Of a DNA stretch of 64,000 nucleotides, positions 30,508-40,866 are shown one piece after another (position 1 is the first letter of the stretch; every line of letters begins with the position of its first letter). Both the position numbers and the translations under genes were made by a program. The DNA is taken from positions 5,320-69,319 of the forward strand of contig JAZNMP010000028.1 in NCBI GenBank assembly GCA_045579705.1, given 5' to 3'. The stretch comes from Lachnospiraceae bacterium (GTDB taxonomy: Bacteria; Bacillota; Clostridia; Lachnospirales; Lachnospiraceae). The notes beneath the pieces are model-generated. The model had not been told where the DNA came from and ran no database searches. It saw only the letters and a program-made list of their open reading frames with translations.

Positions 30508-30542
30508 AAAAAGAGAGTATGGATTACCACGCTCTCTTTTTT
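30508..30542 (-). terminator. Terminator after spoVG
   Basis: AAAGAGAG...CTCTCTTT hairpin with T runs on both strands. Confidence 0.65.
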
Positions 30543-30589
30543 ACATTCTAGCTATGCTATTATGAACCGCTTTAATCTATTTTGCAATA

Positions 30590-30856
30590 CTACTCTCCAA
30601 GGATTTCTGTCTTGTATTTCTCCAAAATCTTGTCCTGAAGTAATGCTCTAGTTTCTGAACGAATAGGGTGAGCGATATCCTTGTACTCACCGTCTGTAGC
30701 CTTTCTACTCGGCATTGCAATAAAAAGGCCTTTCTCACCTTCGATAACCTTAATGTCGTGAACGACAAACTCATCATCAATCGTAATTGATGCAACCGCC
30801 TTCATCTTTCCCTCTTTTTCGATCTTACGCATTCTAATGTCTGTAATATTCAACAT
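30590..30856 (-). CDS. spoVG: SpoVG nucleic-acid-binding regulator
   Basis: [35 protein letters not shown] and DIAHPI. Confidence 0.95.
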   Translation of the reverse strand: MLNITDIRMRKIEKEGKMKAVASITIDDEFVVHDIKVIEGEKGLFIAMPSRKATDGEYKDIAHPIRSETRALLQDKILEKYKTEILGE

Positions 30857-30877
30857 ATTGCCCCCTTCTTTCTTTCT

Positions 30878-31993
30878 CTAGACGCTATATCGGTTGTTCT
30901 TTTCAGCAACAACTTTTATTTCTTCTTTGCCCACATAACTGGTGTTACTCAGTAAAGTCTCGTTTTTTTCAACGATGCAATTCTCAACATATACGTTGTC
31001 ACCGATATATGCGCCATCAAGTATGATGGAGTTTTTGATCGTGCATCCATTACCTACAAATACACCTTTGAAAATAACAGAATTCTCGACCTTACTATTA
31101 ATAATGCTACCACTGGTAACCAAGCTGTTCTTTACTTCGCTTCCAGCGTTGTACTTTGCAGGAGCTCGATCCTGCTCCTTTGAATAAATGTGCGGTTCAT
31201 CCCTAAAATATTTACGAACATCCGGATTCAGGAAATCCATGTTTGTTTGGTAGTACGAATCAATCGATGCGATATTTCTCCAATATCCTTCCATCATATA
31301 TCCGTACACCTTCTTCATTCCAAGATAACGAATCAGGATGTCTGTAACGAAATTATAACGGCCTTCTCTGTTGCTCTGTTCGAGGAGTTCTATCAAAACC
31401 CTGCGACGCATAATATAGATTCCTGTCGAAACGATATTTGAATGAGCCACCATCGGTTTCTCTTCAAACTCGACTATCTGATCGTCCTGGTCCATCTTAA
31501 CCACGCCAAATCGACTTAAGTCTTCACCTTCAGCAGCTCTAGCGCATACTACAGTGATATTCGACTGTTTCTCAATGTGGTAATCCAGCAACTTTGTGAA
31601 ATCAAGCTTATAAATAGAATCTCCACCCGAAATGATTACATAAGGTTCATGCCTCTTCTTAAGGAAATCGATATTCTGCCACATCGCATCAGCAGTTCCT
31701 CGATACCACCAGCTATTGTCCGCTGTAACTGTTGGTGTAAATAAGAAGAGACCTCCCTGTTTACGTCCAAAATTCCACCACTTCGAAGAGTTCAAATGTT
31801 CATTTAAAGAACGGGCATTATACTGACTTAACACGGCAACCGTCTGAATTCCCGAATTCGTCATATTGCTGAGCGCAAAGTCAATCGCTCTATAGCTTCC
31901 AGCCATCGGCATCGCCGCTATCGCGCGATTCTTTGTCAGCTCTCCCATTCTCGAACTGTTTCCACCTGCTAGTATGATTCCTAATGCTTTCAT
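30878..31993 (-). CDS. glgD: Glucose-1-phosphate adenylyltransferase subunit GlgD
   Basis: NTP-transferase fold with degenerate GGNSSRM motif; [10 protein letters not shown]; translationally coupled to glgC (ATGA overlap). Confidence 0.9.
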   Translation of the reverse strand: MKALGIILAGGNSSRMGELTKNRAIAAMPMAGSYRAIDFALSNMTNSGIQTVAVLSQYNARSLNEHLNSSKWWNFGRKQGGLFLFTPTVTADNSWWYRGTADAMWQNIDFLKKRHEPYVIISGGDSIYKLDFTKLLDYHIEKQSNITVVCARAAEGEDLSRFGVVKMDQDDQIVEFEEKPMVAHSNIVSTGIYIMRRRVLIELLEQSNREGRYNFVTDILIRYLGMKKVYGYMMEGYWRNIASIDSYYQTNMDFLNPDVRKYFRDEPHIYSKEQDRAPAKYNAGSEVKNSLVTSGSIINSKVENSVIFKGVFVGNGCTIKNSIILDGAYIGDNVYVENCIVEKNETLLSNTSYVGKEEIKVVAEKNNRYSV

Positions 31994-33264
31994 GCCAATT
32001 CACCTGCCTTAATAATGTAGTCACCGCTTTCAAGTTCTTTGTTCGGATAGTCTTCAGCTACCGTAACGCCCTTAATGGCAGTATTTTTTCCTATAGTTAC
32101 ATTATCAGGTATGACGGAATTAGATCCGACCGTAGCCAATCCAAAAGAATAAATCTTTGTACTGAGTTTACTCTCAGCCTCTTCTCCAACTCCAATCTTG
32201 ACATTCTCACCTACCTCGCTTCGATCAGCGATGATAGCTTTTTCAACGTAAGCGCCTTTCTTAATATGCACCCGTCTCATCAATATCGAATCCTTTACAA
32301 CGGCACCTTCATCTACAACCACTTCAGGGCCGAGTACGGAATTCTCTACAGAGCCATATATCTCGTCTCCTGCACCAATTATAGATTTCTGAACATGTGC
32401 ATTCTCTCCTATATAATGTGGATCGATAGATTTCTGCTGTGTGTAAATCTTCCAGAACTCTTCGTACAGATTAAACTCCGGAATCAAATCCACAAGCTCC
32501 ATATTTGCTTCCCAATAAGCTCCGAGAGTTCCTACATCTTTCCAATACCCATTAAATTCATAGGCAAATATCTGCATTCCTTTATCATGACAATAAGGAA
32601 TTACATGTTTACCAAAATCACAATTCGACTGTTCTTTCAGCGCTGTGAGCGCCTGTTTCAAAACCGGCCAGCTAAAGATATAAATTCCCATAGATGCGAG
32701 ATTACTCTTTGGATGCTCTGGCTTCTCTTCGAATTCAATTATGCGATTATTCTCGTCGGTAACAACCACTCCAAATCTACTCGCTTCCTCAATAGGAACC
32801 GGTAAAGCTGCGATAGTTATATCCGCGCCGTTTTGTTTATGGAAATCGAGCATAGCCTCATAATCCATCTTATATATATGATCTCCTGAGAGAATCAATA
32901 CATATTCCGGATCATATTGTTCCATATACCTAATATTCTGATAAATGGCATTTGCTGTTCCACTGTACCAGTCAGCATTCTCATTTCCTTCATACGGCGG
33001 AAGTACAGTGACGCCTCCATTATTTCTATCTAAGTCCCAGGGAATTCCGATACCGATATGAGAATTTAGAACGAGCGGCTGATACTGTGTCAGCACACCT
33101 ACGGTATCTATTCCAGAATTAATGCAATTACTTAGCGGAAAGTCGATAATACGATACTTACCTCCAAACGCAACCGCCGGTTTGGCTACATCCGAGGTCA
33201 GTACACCCAGTCTACTCCCCTGTCCACCTGCAAGCAGCATGGCAATCATTTCTTTTCTGCCCAT
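31990..33264 (-). CDS. glgC: Glucose-1-phosphate adenylyltransferase GlgC
   Basis: [52 protein letters not shown] and YWKDVGT. Confidence 0.96.
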   Translation of the reverse strand: MGRKEMIAMLLAGGQGSRLGVLTSDVAKPAVAFGGKYRIIDFPLSNCINSGIDTVGVLTQYQPLVLNSHIGIGIPWDLDRNNGGVTVLPPYEGNENADWYSGTANAIYQNIRYMEQYDPEYVLILSGDHIYKMDYEAMLDFHKQNGADITIAALPVPIEEASRFGVVVTDENNRIIEFEEKPEHPKSNLASMGIYIFSWPVLKQALTALKEQSNCDFGKHVIPYCHDKGMQIFAYEFNGYWKDVGTLGAYWEANMELVDLIPEFNLYEEFWKIYTQQKSIDPHYIGENAHVQKSIIGAGDEIYGSVENSVLGPEVVVDEGAVVKDSILMRRVHIKKGAYVEKAIIADRSEVGENVKIGVGEEAESKLSTKIYSFGLATVGSNSVIPDNVTIGKNTAIKGVTVAEDYPNKELESGDYIIKAGELA

Positions 33265-33366
33265 TATTAAGTCCCCTTTTTAGTTTTCCCTTTACAAGTT
33301 GATAGTTTGCCATGAAAACATTCTCGTTTTCGTAATTACTTAATAGAATTTCGAATTTGTACATAA

Positions 33367-33375
33367 AGTATACCA
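33367..33375 (-). promoter_or_regulatory. Extended -10 promoter of glgC-glgD-spoVG
   Basis: TG-G-TATACT on the minus strand. Confidence 0.5.
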
Positions 33376-33495
33376 TAATGCGCGAAAATTAAACAACTTT
33401 GTTTGCATGTTTAGCGAAATTTTATGCAATTTTAATTATTTTAAACCACTTTTTTAGACTTTTTTATTGCAATGATATATATTTGGATCTCGCAA

Positions 33496-33523
33496 TTGAT
33501 TTTCTAAAAACAGAATGTATAAT
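33496..33523 (+). promoter_or_regulatory. Promoter of murC
   Basis: TTGATT-N16-TATAAT. Confidence 0.6.
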
Positions 33524-33563
33524 AGTTCTGTTAAAGATTTTTAAGATAAAATAAGAGGTCGTT

Positions 33564-34946
33564 ATGTATACTATTAATTTTGAAAAAAAATTATCCGTAC
33601 ATTTTATCGGTATCGGTGGAATCAGCATGAGTGGACTTGCTGAGATATTATTAAAGAAGGGATTTTCTGTTTCAGGTTCTGATAGAAGCGAATCTGACCT
33701 TACAAATCACCTCGTTTCCCTCGGAGCAAAGATTAGCTATCCACAGCAGAAAGAAAACATAACAAACGACACAGACTTCTTTGTTTATACAGCAGCTATC
33801 CATCCTGATAATCCAGAATTCAAAGCTGCCTCAGAAACAGGCAAGCCTATGCTTACTAGAGCCGAACTCCTCGGCCAGATTATGGATCATTTCAAGCAGT
33901 CTATTGCCGTTGCAGGTACACACGGAAAAACAACAACTACATCTATGATCAGTCAGGTTCTCCTCGAGTGTGAGGCAGACCCAACGATTTCTGTAGGTGC
34001 TATTTTTTCAGCAATTAAATCAAACGTAAGATATGGTGAATCCGACATCTTCGTTACAGAAGCCTGCGAGTACACAGATAGTTTCCTTTCATTCTATCCC
34101 AAGTACAACATCATCTTAAATATTGACGCTGAACACTTGGATTACTTTAAGACTCTCGATAACGAGAGACTCTCATATCATAAGTTTGCTACTAACACAA
34201 AGGAAGACGGTGTTCTCTATATTAATGGAGCTATTCCAAACCTTGAAGAGATTACACATGATTTAAAATGTAAGATCACTACCTTCGGTTTAGATGATTC
34301 ATTCGATTACCATGCAACTAACATTACATATGATGAGTTAGGACATGCTACATTCACCCCAGTAGCTTACGGCAAAGAACTTCCAGAGATTTCTCTTCAC
34401 GTTCCTGGAAAGCATAATGTTTCAAACTCTCTTTCTGTTATTGCTACATTAATAGATATGAACATTCCATATGAAATGATTCAGCGTGGTTTGAAGGCTT
34501 TTACTGGTGCTGACCGTAGATTCCAGTACAAAGGCAGATTAAAGAACGGTGCTGTAGTTGTAGATGACTATGCTCATCACCCTACTGAAATCAAAGCGTC
34601 CCTCGATGCCGCTCTTCATACACCACACAACAGAATCATTGTAGCTTTCCAGCCACACACATACACTAGAACAAAAGCATTCCTTCAGGACTTCGCTGAT
34701 GCTCTATCTATGGCTGATATTGTCGTTCTTGCAAAGATTTATGCTGCCAGAGAGCAAGATATCTATGGTGTAAGTTCTGCAGACATTCAGAAGCTCATTC
34801 AGGAAAAAGGCAAAGAATGTCACTACTTTGAAACATTTGAAGAAATTGAAAACTTTTTAGAAAAAAATTCTATGAACCAAGACCTGTTGATAACTATGGG
34901 CGCCGGAAACATTATAGAAGTCGGCGAAAGCCTAATCGGACGATAG
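33564..34946 (+). CDS. murC: UDP-N-acetylmuramate--L-alanine ligase
   Basis: HFIGIGGISMSGLA, P-loop AGTHGKTTTT, EACEY, DAEHLDY and DDYAHHPTEI. Confidence 0.96.
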   Translation: MYTINFEKKLSVHFIGIGGISMSGLAEILLKKGFSVSGSDRSESDLTNHLVSLGAKISYPQQKENITNDTDFFVYTAAIHPDNPEFKAASETGKPMLTRAELLGQIMDHFKQSIAVAGTHGKTTTTSMISQVLLECEADPTISVGAIFSAIKSNVRYGESDIFVTEACEYTDSFLSFYPKYNIILNIDAEHLDYFKTLDNERLSYHKFATNTKEDGVLYINGAIPNLEEITHDLKCKITTFGLDDSFDYHATNITYDELGHATFTPVAYGKELPEISLHVPGKHNVSNSLSVIATLIDMNIPYEMIQRGLKAFTGADRRFQYKGRLKNGAVVVDDYAHHPTEIKASLDAALHTPHNRIIVAFQPHTYTRTKAFLQDFADALSMADIVVLAKIYAAREQDIYGVSSADIQKLIQEKGKECHYFETFEEIENFLEKNSMNQDLLITMGAGNIIEVGESLIGR

Positions 34947-35051
34947 TTATCCACATTATCAACAATTTACTGGGGATAACTTATCCCCAGTTTTTTTATG
35001 TCAAAAATGGCTATTTTGATAGGTTTTCAAAAAGTTATTAACATATCCACA
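34947..35051 (+). promoter_or_regulatory. Cluster of six DnaA boxes
   Basis: TTATCCACA 34947-34955 (perfect). TTATCAACA 34956-34964, TTATCCCCA 34971-34979 (minus) and 34981-34989, TTATTAACA 35035-35043 and ATATCCACA 35043-35051 each have one mismatch to TTWTNCACA. Confidence 0.75.
34969..34997 (+). terminator. murC terminator formed by two inverted DnaA-like boxes
   Basis: ACTGGGGATAA-C-TTATCCCCAGT followed by a T run. Confidence 0.75.
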
Positions 35052-35097
35052 AAGTCTCAAAACCCTTTGTTTACAAGGCTTTCGCGGCTATCTCCCC

Positions 35098-35125
35098 TTG
35101 AAGAAACAAGATAATATGTTATAAT
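35098..35125 (+). promoter_or_regulatory. Promoter of the dnaD-like operon
   Basis: TTGAAG-N16-TATAAT with TG extension. Confidence 0.65.
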
Positions 35126-35157
35126 TTTTCTCGAGTATTTTTGGGAGGAAATTCTTT

Positions 35158-36198
35158 ATGCCAGATGAGATTATTTTACATTCTTCATGTGTTAGCCAGG
35201 TCACATGTGTTAGTAACGACTTTATAGATATTTTTATGCCTGAATCAAGTGGAGAGTTTGTAAAAACATATCTCTATCTACTACGATCTTTAAGCTCAAA
35301 CCAGATGAGCTTTTCTATAAAAAGAGCAGCTGATACACTTCATCATACAGAAGCTGATATCAGACGTGCACTTCAGTATTGGGAGGAGAAAGGACTAATC
35401 CGCCTAGAATATGACGCTTCTGGTGTCGTAGTCGGAATCTGCGTCCTTAACAAATCTGATTCCAAATCAAACATGACATGTATTACTACAGAAGAAACTG
35501 CAGAACCTGAAGTAAGCGAAGCTGAACCTTCGGCTCCAGAGGCCAAGGCTGTCCCAGAGAAGATTCTATTTGATGAATCTACACTGGAAGAAGTCGTTAA
35601 TATGGCAGAGATGCTTAACGGCAAGCCACTATCAAGCCGCGATATGCAGTTCATTCTTTCTTGGAATAGTGACCTCGGTTTGTCACCTGACTTAATCGAG
35701 TACCTAATCGAGCTCTGCATGAACAACAACCACAATAGCTTCTATTACATGAACACTATCGCTATTAAGTGGAAAGAACAAGGCATCCTTACAGAGGAAG
35801 CTGCACGCGCAGCAAATAACGTTCACTCAAAGGCTTACTACGCTGTTGTAAAAGCCTTTGGTATCAGCCAAAGGAACTTGAATTCCAGAGAAGAAAAATA
35901 TCTGGCACAGTGGACAAACGAGTATCATTTTTCCGATGATTTATTATCAGAAGCTTGCGAAAGAGCTTTGTCAAACACCGGAAAGATTAGTTTCGCGTAT
36001 GCTGACAAGATTCTAAAAGACTGGCACCAGAACCAGATTAGAACTATCGGCGAAGTAAAACGTCGTGACTCTAACAGAAGCATGAACTCAAAGAAGCCTA
36101 GAGCTACTGCAACTAAAACTACTAACTTCCAGAGCTTCTCAGAACGCTCTACTAACACTGAAAACATTATCGAACTCGAAAGGAAGTTGCTACAATAA
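35158..36198 (+). CDS. DnaD/DnaB-domain replication protein
   Basis: N-terminal SNDFIDIFMP/VKTYLYLLR winged helix; two DnaB_2-type domains (YMNTIAIKWKEQGI; YADKILKDWHQNQI). Confidence 0.8.
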   Translation: MPDEIILHSSCVSQVTCVSNDFIDIFMPESSGEFVKTYLYLLRSLSSNQMSFSIKRAADTLHHTEADIRRALQYWEEKGLIRLEYDASGVVVGICVLNKSDSKSNMTCITTEETAEPEVSEAEPSAPEAKAVPEKILFDESTLEEVVNMAEMLNGKPLSSRDMQFILSWNSDLGLSPDLIEYLIELCMNNNHNSFYYMNTIAIKWKEQGILTEEAARAANNVHSKAYYAVVKAFGISQRNLNSREEKYLAQWTNEYHFSDDLLSEACERALSNTGKISFAYADKILKDWHQNQIRTIGEVKRRDSNRSMNSKKPRATATKTTNFQSFSERSTNTENIIELERKLLQ

Positions 36199-37190
36199 TG
36201 GGAATCAGCAACGAACAGTATTCTGAAATAATGCGCGACTATGAACGCACACAAAGATATAACAGAGACTTGGACCTCGCCAACCGTGACGAGGTCTATA
36301 GTGCTATCCCTGAACTTTCCGAAATTGATAATGCTATTTCAGATATCAGCACATCTGCTGTTATTAAATCTTTAAACTCTACTTACGATATACACGAGGC
36401 CAATGATAGAATACAGAAGTTAATCCAGAAAAAAAAAGATTTGATCATTTCACATGGATTTCCAGCTGACTATCTCGAGCCTCATTTTTCATGCCCTGAT
36501 TGCAAGGACACAGGTTATATCGACCGAGAACCTTGCCACTGTTTAAAACAGAAGATTATTGATATAACTTTTAATCAATTTTCACTTACTGAGCATATTG
36601 GGGCTTGCGATTTTAAGAATTTTTCATTAGATTATTATAGTGCGACTGTAATCGATCCAGGTTCTCAGAAATCAGAACTGGAACTTGCAAAGAACGCTTT
36701 TCGCACTTCAAAGAAATTTGTCAGCGATATGTTAAACGGTGACACGCCAAACTCCATCCTATTCTATGGAAATGTCGGCACTGGAAAAACTTTCCTATCA
36801 AATTGTATCGCTAAAGAACTACTTACAAACGGTCATTCCGTGATATACTTTAGCGCGACAAAACTTTTTGATACTTTACGTGAATCACGTTTTGCACGAG
36901 ATAATGCAAAAGGCGATTATAATAAAATCTTCAACTCCGACGTACTAATCATCGATGACTTAGGCACTGAGAACTTAACTGATTTTAATCTGTCGCAGTT
37001 CTTCTATTGCTTAAATGAACGTTTACTCAAGAACAAGCCTATGATCATCTCAACTAATCTCAATGTGATAGAGCTGAAGGAACACTATTCTGAAAGAATA
37101 TCTTCCAGAATCTATAGTAACTTTAATCTTTTGAAATTCTGCGGAGACGACATTCGCCTACGCCAGAAGATAAACTCAACCAAGATTTAA
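36198..37190 (+). CDS. DnaC/DnaI-like helicase-loader AAA+ ATPase
   Basis: Zn-binding CPDCKDTGYI..PCHC, Walker A GNVGTGKT, Walker B LIIDDLG, ISTNL and RISSR. Confidence 0.85.
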   Translation: MGISNEQYSEIMRDYERTQRYNRDLDLANRDEVYSAIPELSEIDNAISDISTSAVIKSLNSTYDIHEANDRIQKLIQKKKDLIISHGFPADYLEPHFSCPDCKDTGYIDREPCHCLKQKIIDITFNQFSLTEHIGACDFKNFSLDYYSATVIDPGSQKSELELAKNAFRTSKKFVSDMLNGDTPNSILFYGNVGTGKTFLSNCIAKELLTNGHSVIYFSATKLFDTLRESRFARDNAKGDYNKIFNSDVLIIDDLGTENLTDFNLSQFFYCLNERLLKNKPMIISTNLNVIELKEHYSERISSRIYSNFNLLKFCGDDIRLRQKINSTKI

Positions 37191-37213
37191 TTGTTTTAGG
37201 AGGAATCAAAAAA

Positions 37214-38395
37214 ATGTCTAATGACAACGAACTGACAAGCTACAATCCTATAGCTCCACTCGGACTAGTTCCATTAAAAAGCTGTAGTGCGCTCGGTCAG
37301 AAAGCAAATGATTATCTACTCAGATGGAGAACAGAGCGTTCACTTGATAAGTCTGTAGATACTGCAAACTCATCTTACAAGGATCACTCATTCATCATCA
37401 AATCATCTGCTCCGCGCTTTGGATCAGGAGAAGGAAAAGGACTCATCGAACAGTCTATCAGAGGTATGGACCTCTACTTCATGGTTGATGTAATGAACTA
37501 CTCACTTACATACAATCTCTGCGGACACGAGAACCACTATTCACCTGACGATCACTTTAACGATCTTAAGAGACTAATCGCTGCTACTAACGGAAAAGCA
37601 AAGCGTATCAACGTAATTCTTCCTTTCCTTTATGAAAGCAGACAGCATAGAAGAAGCGCCAGAGAATCCCTCGACTGTGCACTCGCACTTCAGGATTTGG
37701 AGTCAATGGGTGTAGACAACATCATCACATTTGATGCTCACGACCCTCGCGTACAGAACGCTATTCCACTTCACGGATTTGAATCTGTACCAGCTTCTTA
37801 CCAGTTCATCAAATCAATTTGCAAGAACGTAGATGATCTTCAGATTGATAACGATCACCTTATGATCATCTCACCAGACGAAGGTGCTACAAAGAGAGCG
37901 GTTTATCTCGCATCTGTACTCGGTGTTGATATGGGTATGTTCTACAAGAGACGTGACTATTCAAGGATTGTAGACGGACGTAACCCAATCATCGCCCACG
38001 AATTCCTCGGCTCTTCAGTAGAAGGCAAGGACGTATTTATCGTAGATGATATGATTTCTTCTGGCGAATCTATGATTGATGTTGCTACTGAGCTTAAGAA
38101 AAGAAAGGCTAGACGTATCTTCGTAATCGCTACATTTGGACTCTTCACAAATGGACTTGCTTCATTTGATAAGGCTGTTGAAGATGGTGTAATCTACAAA
38201 GTAGTTACAACAAACCTGACATACCAGACTCCAGATCTTCTTTCTAGAGACTATTACATCAACTGCGACATGAGCAAATACATCGCATACATCATTGATA
38301 CACTTAACCATGACGCATCTATGTCTAAGCTCCTCGATCCATATGATCGTATCGCTGCAGTTGTTCAGAACTACAAAGACAATCAGAAACTTTAA
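37214..38395 (+). CDS. prs: Ribose-phosphate pyrophosphokinase
   Basis: FGSGEGK, PFLYESRQH, TFDAH, SPDEG and IVDDMISSGES. Confidence 0.93.
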   Translation: MSNDNELTSYNPIAPLGLVPLKSCSALGQKANDYLLRWRTERSLDKSVDTANSSYKDHSFIIKSSAPRFGSGEGKGLIEQSIRGMDLYFMVDVMNYSLTYNLCGHENHYSPDDHFNDLKRLIAATNGKAKRINVILPFLYESRQHRRSARESLDCALALQDLESMGVDNIITFDAHDPRVQNAIPLHGFESVPASYQFIKSICKNVDDLQIDNDHLMIISPDEGATKRAVYLASVLGVDMGMFYKRRDYSRIVDGRNPIIAHEFLGSSVEGKDVFIVDDMISSGESMIDVATELKKRKARRIFVIATFGLFTNGLASFDKAVEDGVIYKVVTTNLTYQTPDLLSRDYYINCDMSKYIAYIIDTLNHDASMSKLLDPYDRIAAVVQNYKDNQKL

Positions 38396-38411
38396 TCAGT
38401 TTCTCCTTTCT

Positions 38412-38452
38412 AAAAAAACGGTTGTGAGATTTAAATCTCACAACCGTTTTTT
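38412..38452. terminator. Bidirectional terminator
   Basis: Palindrome AAAAAACGGTTGTGAGATTTAAATCTCACAACCGTTTTTT between convergent genes. Confidence 0.9.
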
Positions 38453-38453
38453 A

Positions 38454-40853
38454 TTAATCAATATTTACTTTAAATACGTTTCCATTCTCACTGGCTTTGA
38501 AACCAAATGCTGTCTGCATTACTGTCTCATAAACTCCAGTTGTTGGATTATAAATATTTACTCCCAATGTATCATATCCTACGATCAGATATTCTCCATC
38601 AGATGTTTCAGCATAGACCGGATGCCCCTCAGCAACAAAATACAGTACATTCTGAAGCTCTAAACCATTCAGTTTTACATATGTGCCTTTGCCGCTTTCC
38701 TCTTTAATCTCTTTCAAGTCATTTGCAGTAACCTCGAGATTACGAGTTCTATCTTTACGTGTAGAAGACCAAACGAGTTTGTTCTCAGAAATCACAGAAC
38801 CATTGTACTCATCTGCGCTCTGAATCATACGCGTAATCTTATCACCTTCAGCCATAATATGGCCACCAACAACTACGTAATAATCTCCCTTCAAATCTGG
38901 AGTAGGAAGCTTGATAACATCTCCCAGCTCTCTCATTCGAATATTTGAAACTGCAATACTCTTCTTTGGAATATCAAGGTTTTCAGACATCGTGAGATTT
39001 GTAAGTCGTCCCTTTGTTTCATTTACGCTATATGTAATAGACGCACCGCTGTTATCAGCTACAAAAGTATTCTTAATAACATCTTCTCCACTAGTCTTGT
39101 AAACGCCATCCTCCAGATTTGATTTCTTCAGATATAGTGTAGAATCTCGCTCTGTAACTTCCGTAACCACATATCCATTCTGCGGATATTTCTTCTCAAT
39201 CTTTAGCTTGCCCTGAGTAACATCTGCTATATCAATCTCATGCATAGGATAAACTTCATTACCTTCTTCATCGATTCCAGATGTGCCATCCTGAACACGT
39301 CCAAATATGAAATCCTGGCCTATATAAAGCAAAGGAACTATTTTTTCGCCATCACCAGCTTTGAAGTCAAAGCTTTTTCCATTCTCCAAATCCACTGTAT
39401 GAACTACTGAAGAAGGCTCGTCCTTATCAGTCCATGAAATGAATCGACCATTTGAAGACTCTTTATACTGAGACGCCTGCAATCCGGAAAGCTTCTTCTC
39501 GATGTTCTTTCCTGACGCTGAAATTTCAAACAGCGAACCATTTGACATGACATTGTAGCTTCCGGTTCTACTACGATACATCGTATCTGAGTATTCGATC
39601 TTCAAGAACTCAAAAGGCATATCCGATCTGGAAAATACCTGCTCCGTAGTAGTATCAGTTGAACTATCATATTTGAAAAATGAAATTCCGGATCTGCCTT
39701 CATGTGTTCCAGAATTCATATAACCATAAACAGCAAAATCGAGAGAACCGCCCTCTCCTATCGACAGGATTCTAATATCGTGCTGCCAATAATCAGATCT
39801 CGAGTCTTTCTGGCCATTTCCAAAATCAAATACTTTTACAATCTTTCCAGTAGTCTGGTTATACTCGAACAATCGACCATTGTTTACGAAAGCAACGATT
39901 CGTCCTGTACGATTAGACGCATATGAAGTATCATCTGACACGATTCCAAGGCTTATACCATCATCCTTCAATCTCGCGCCAGTTCCCTTAAATACTTCTT
40001 CTGTGAATCTCTGATAGTCCAGCAAATACAGCTTGTCAGCATTTTTTACCTTCATATATTCTCTTACATTGTAAGAATGAGTTTCATCAGAAACGGTATA
40101 TCTATATGTAATTTCTGCAGTGTTGTTGTAGTAGGAATTTACATTTAAAACCGGAGTACCTACCAGCTTAATCTTCATATTCTTCCACGTAACCTGAGGA
40201 AGTGATGAATGAATATTTACTGTTGCAAGTGAATCCGTATACTTGTCTTCCTGTGGTTCCATCATCGAAAGTGAGGTCTGATCCTTTGACAAAATCGCCT
40301 TCTGAATACTTTCCGCATAATCCACGCACTCTTTAAACTTTGTCAAATCCGCTTCATATATCTTTGTGTAAAAATAAAGTGGTCGATCTTCTACTTCCAT
40401 AGAAAGCTTTATCATATAATAATGATCTTTTTTCACCGCATCTTTGATATCGACCAGAATATCTTTTCCATCGTTTGAAGTCTTTGCTTCGCCCTTCTTA
40501 TATACTTTCTTTCCCGCTTCATCACAGAGCTCGTAACGTATATCCTTTATATCATTTCCATATTTTTCCAGATTGAATTTAACTTCATTACCAGAAACCG
40601 GAATCAGATTAGAATTTACGATTCCTGTGTCCATCTTGTCACGGTAACCGTGCATCTCATTGATTCGTACGCCATTTACAGTAGCGGACAGAATCGGAAG
40701 GGTTCCCTTTGCGTTAATCTCTTTACCGACTTTTCCATGAAAATTCAAAGTAATCGAGAAGAACACCAACGCTCCTACAAAGATACTACCAAATGTAATC
40801 ACATTCTTCTTTATTCGTTCTGATTTTGTATTATCTCTAAATTTAAGTGCCAT
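38454..40853 (-). CDS. Large membrane-anchored extracellular protein of unknown function (799 aa)
   Basis: One N-terminal TM segment, then a beta-rich region with TolB-like 'SxxGRxxxF/W' motifs. No recognisable catalytic signature. Confidence 0.7.
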   Translation of the reverse strand: MALKFRDNTKSERIKKNVITFGSIFVGALVFFSITLNFHGKVGKEINAKGTLPILSATVNGVRINEMHGYRDKMDTGIVNSNLIPVSGNEVKFNLEKYGNDIKDIRYELCDEAGKKVYKKGEAKTSNDGKDILVDIKDAVKKDHYYMIKLSMEVEDRPLYFYTKIYEADLTKFKECVDYAESIQKAILSKDQTSLSMMEPQEDKYTDSLATVNIHSSLPQVTWKNMKIKLVGTPVLNVNSYYNNTAEITYRYTVSDETHSYNVREYMKVKNADKLYLLDYQRFTEEVFKGTGARLKDDGISLGIVSDDTSYASNRTGRIVAFVNNGRLFEYNQTTGKIVKVFDFGNGQKDSRSDYWQHDIRILSIGEGGSLDFAVYGYMNSGTHEGRSGISFFKYDSSTDTTTEQVFSRSDMPFEFLKIEYSDTMYRSRTGSYNVMSNGSLFEISASGKNIEKKLSGLQASQYKESSNGRFISWTDKDEPSSVVHTVDLENGKSFDFKAGDGEKIVPLLYIGQDFIFGRVQDGTSGIDEEGNEVYPMHEIDIADVTQGKLKIEKKYPQNGYVVTEVTERDSTLYLKKSNLEDGVYKTSGEDVIKNTFVADNSGASITYSVNETKGRLTNLTMSENLDIPKKSIAVSNIRMRELGDVIKLPTPDLKGDYYVVVGGHIMAEGDKITRMIQSADEYNGSVISENKLVWSSTRKDRTRNLEVTANDLKEIKEESGKGTYVKLNGLELQNVLYFVAEGHPVYAETSDGEYLIVGYDTLGVNIYNPTTGVYETVMQTAFGFKASENGNVFKVNID

Positions 40854-40866
40854 ATTTCTACTCTTC

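Noticed and set aside
31984-32805. 273-aa ORF antisense to glgC, and the many other short ORFs overlapping real genes (e.g. 3409-3897, 8798-9136, 13665-14018, 25552-25980)
   Set aside because: Shadow frames of well-supported genes, with no RBS and no recognisable motifs.
34947-35157. DnaA-box cluster as the chromosomal origin
   Set aside because: No dnaA/dnaN/gidA nearby, no clear DnaA-trio/unwinding element, and the minus-strand gene bias continues on both sides.
36429-36437. A9 homopolymer in the helicase-loader gene as a phase-variation or frameshift site
   Set aside because: In frame (KKK) in a probably essential gene of an AT-rich genome, with no useful alternative frame evident.
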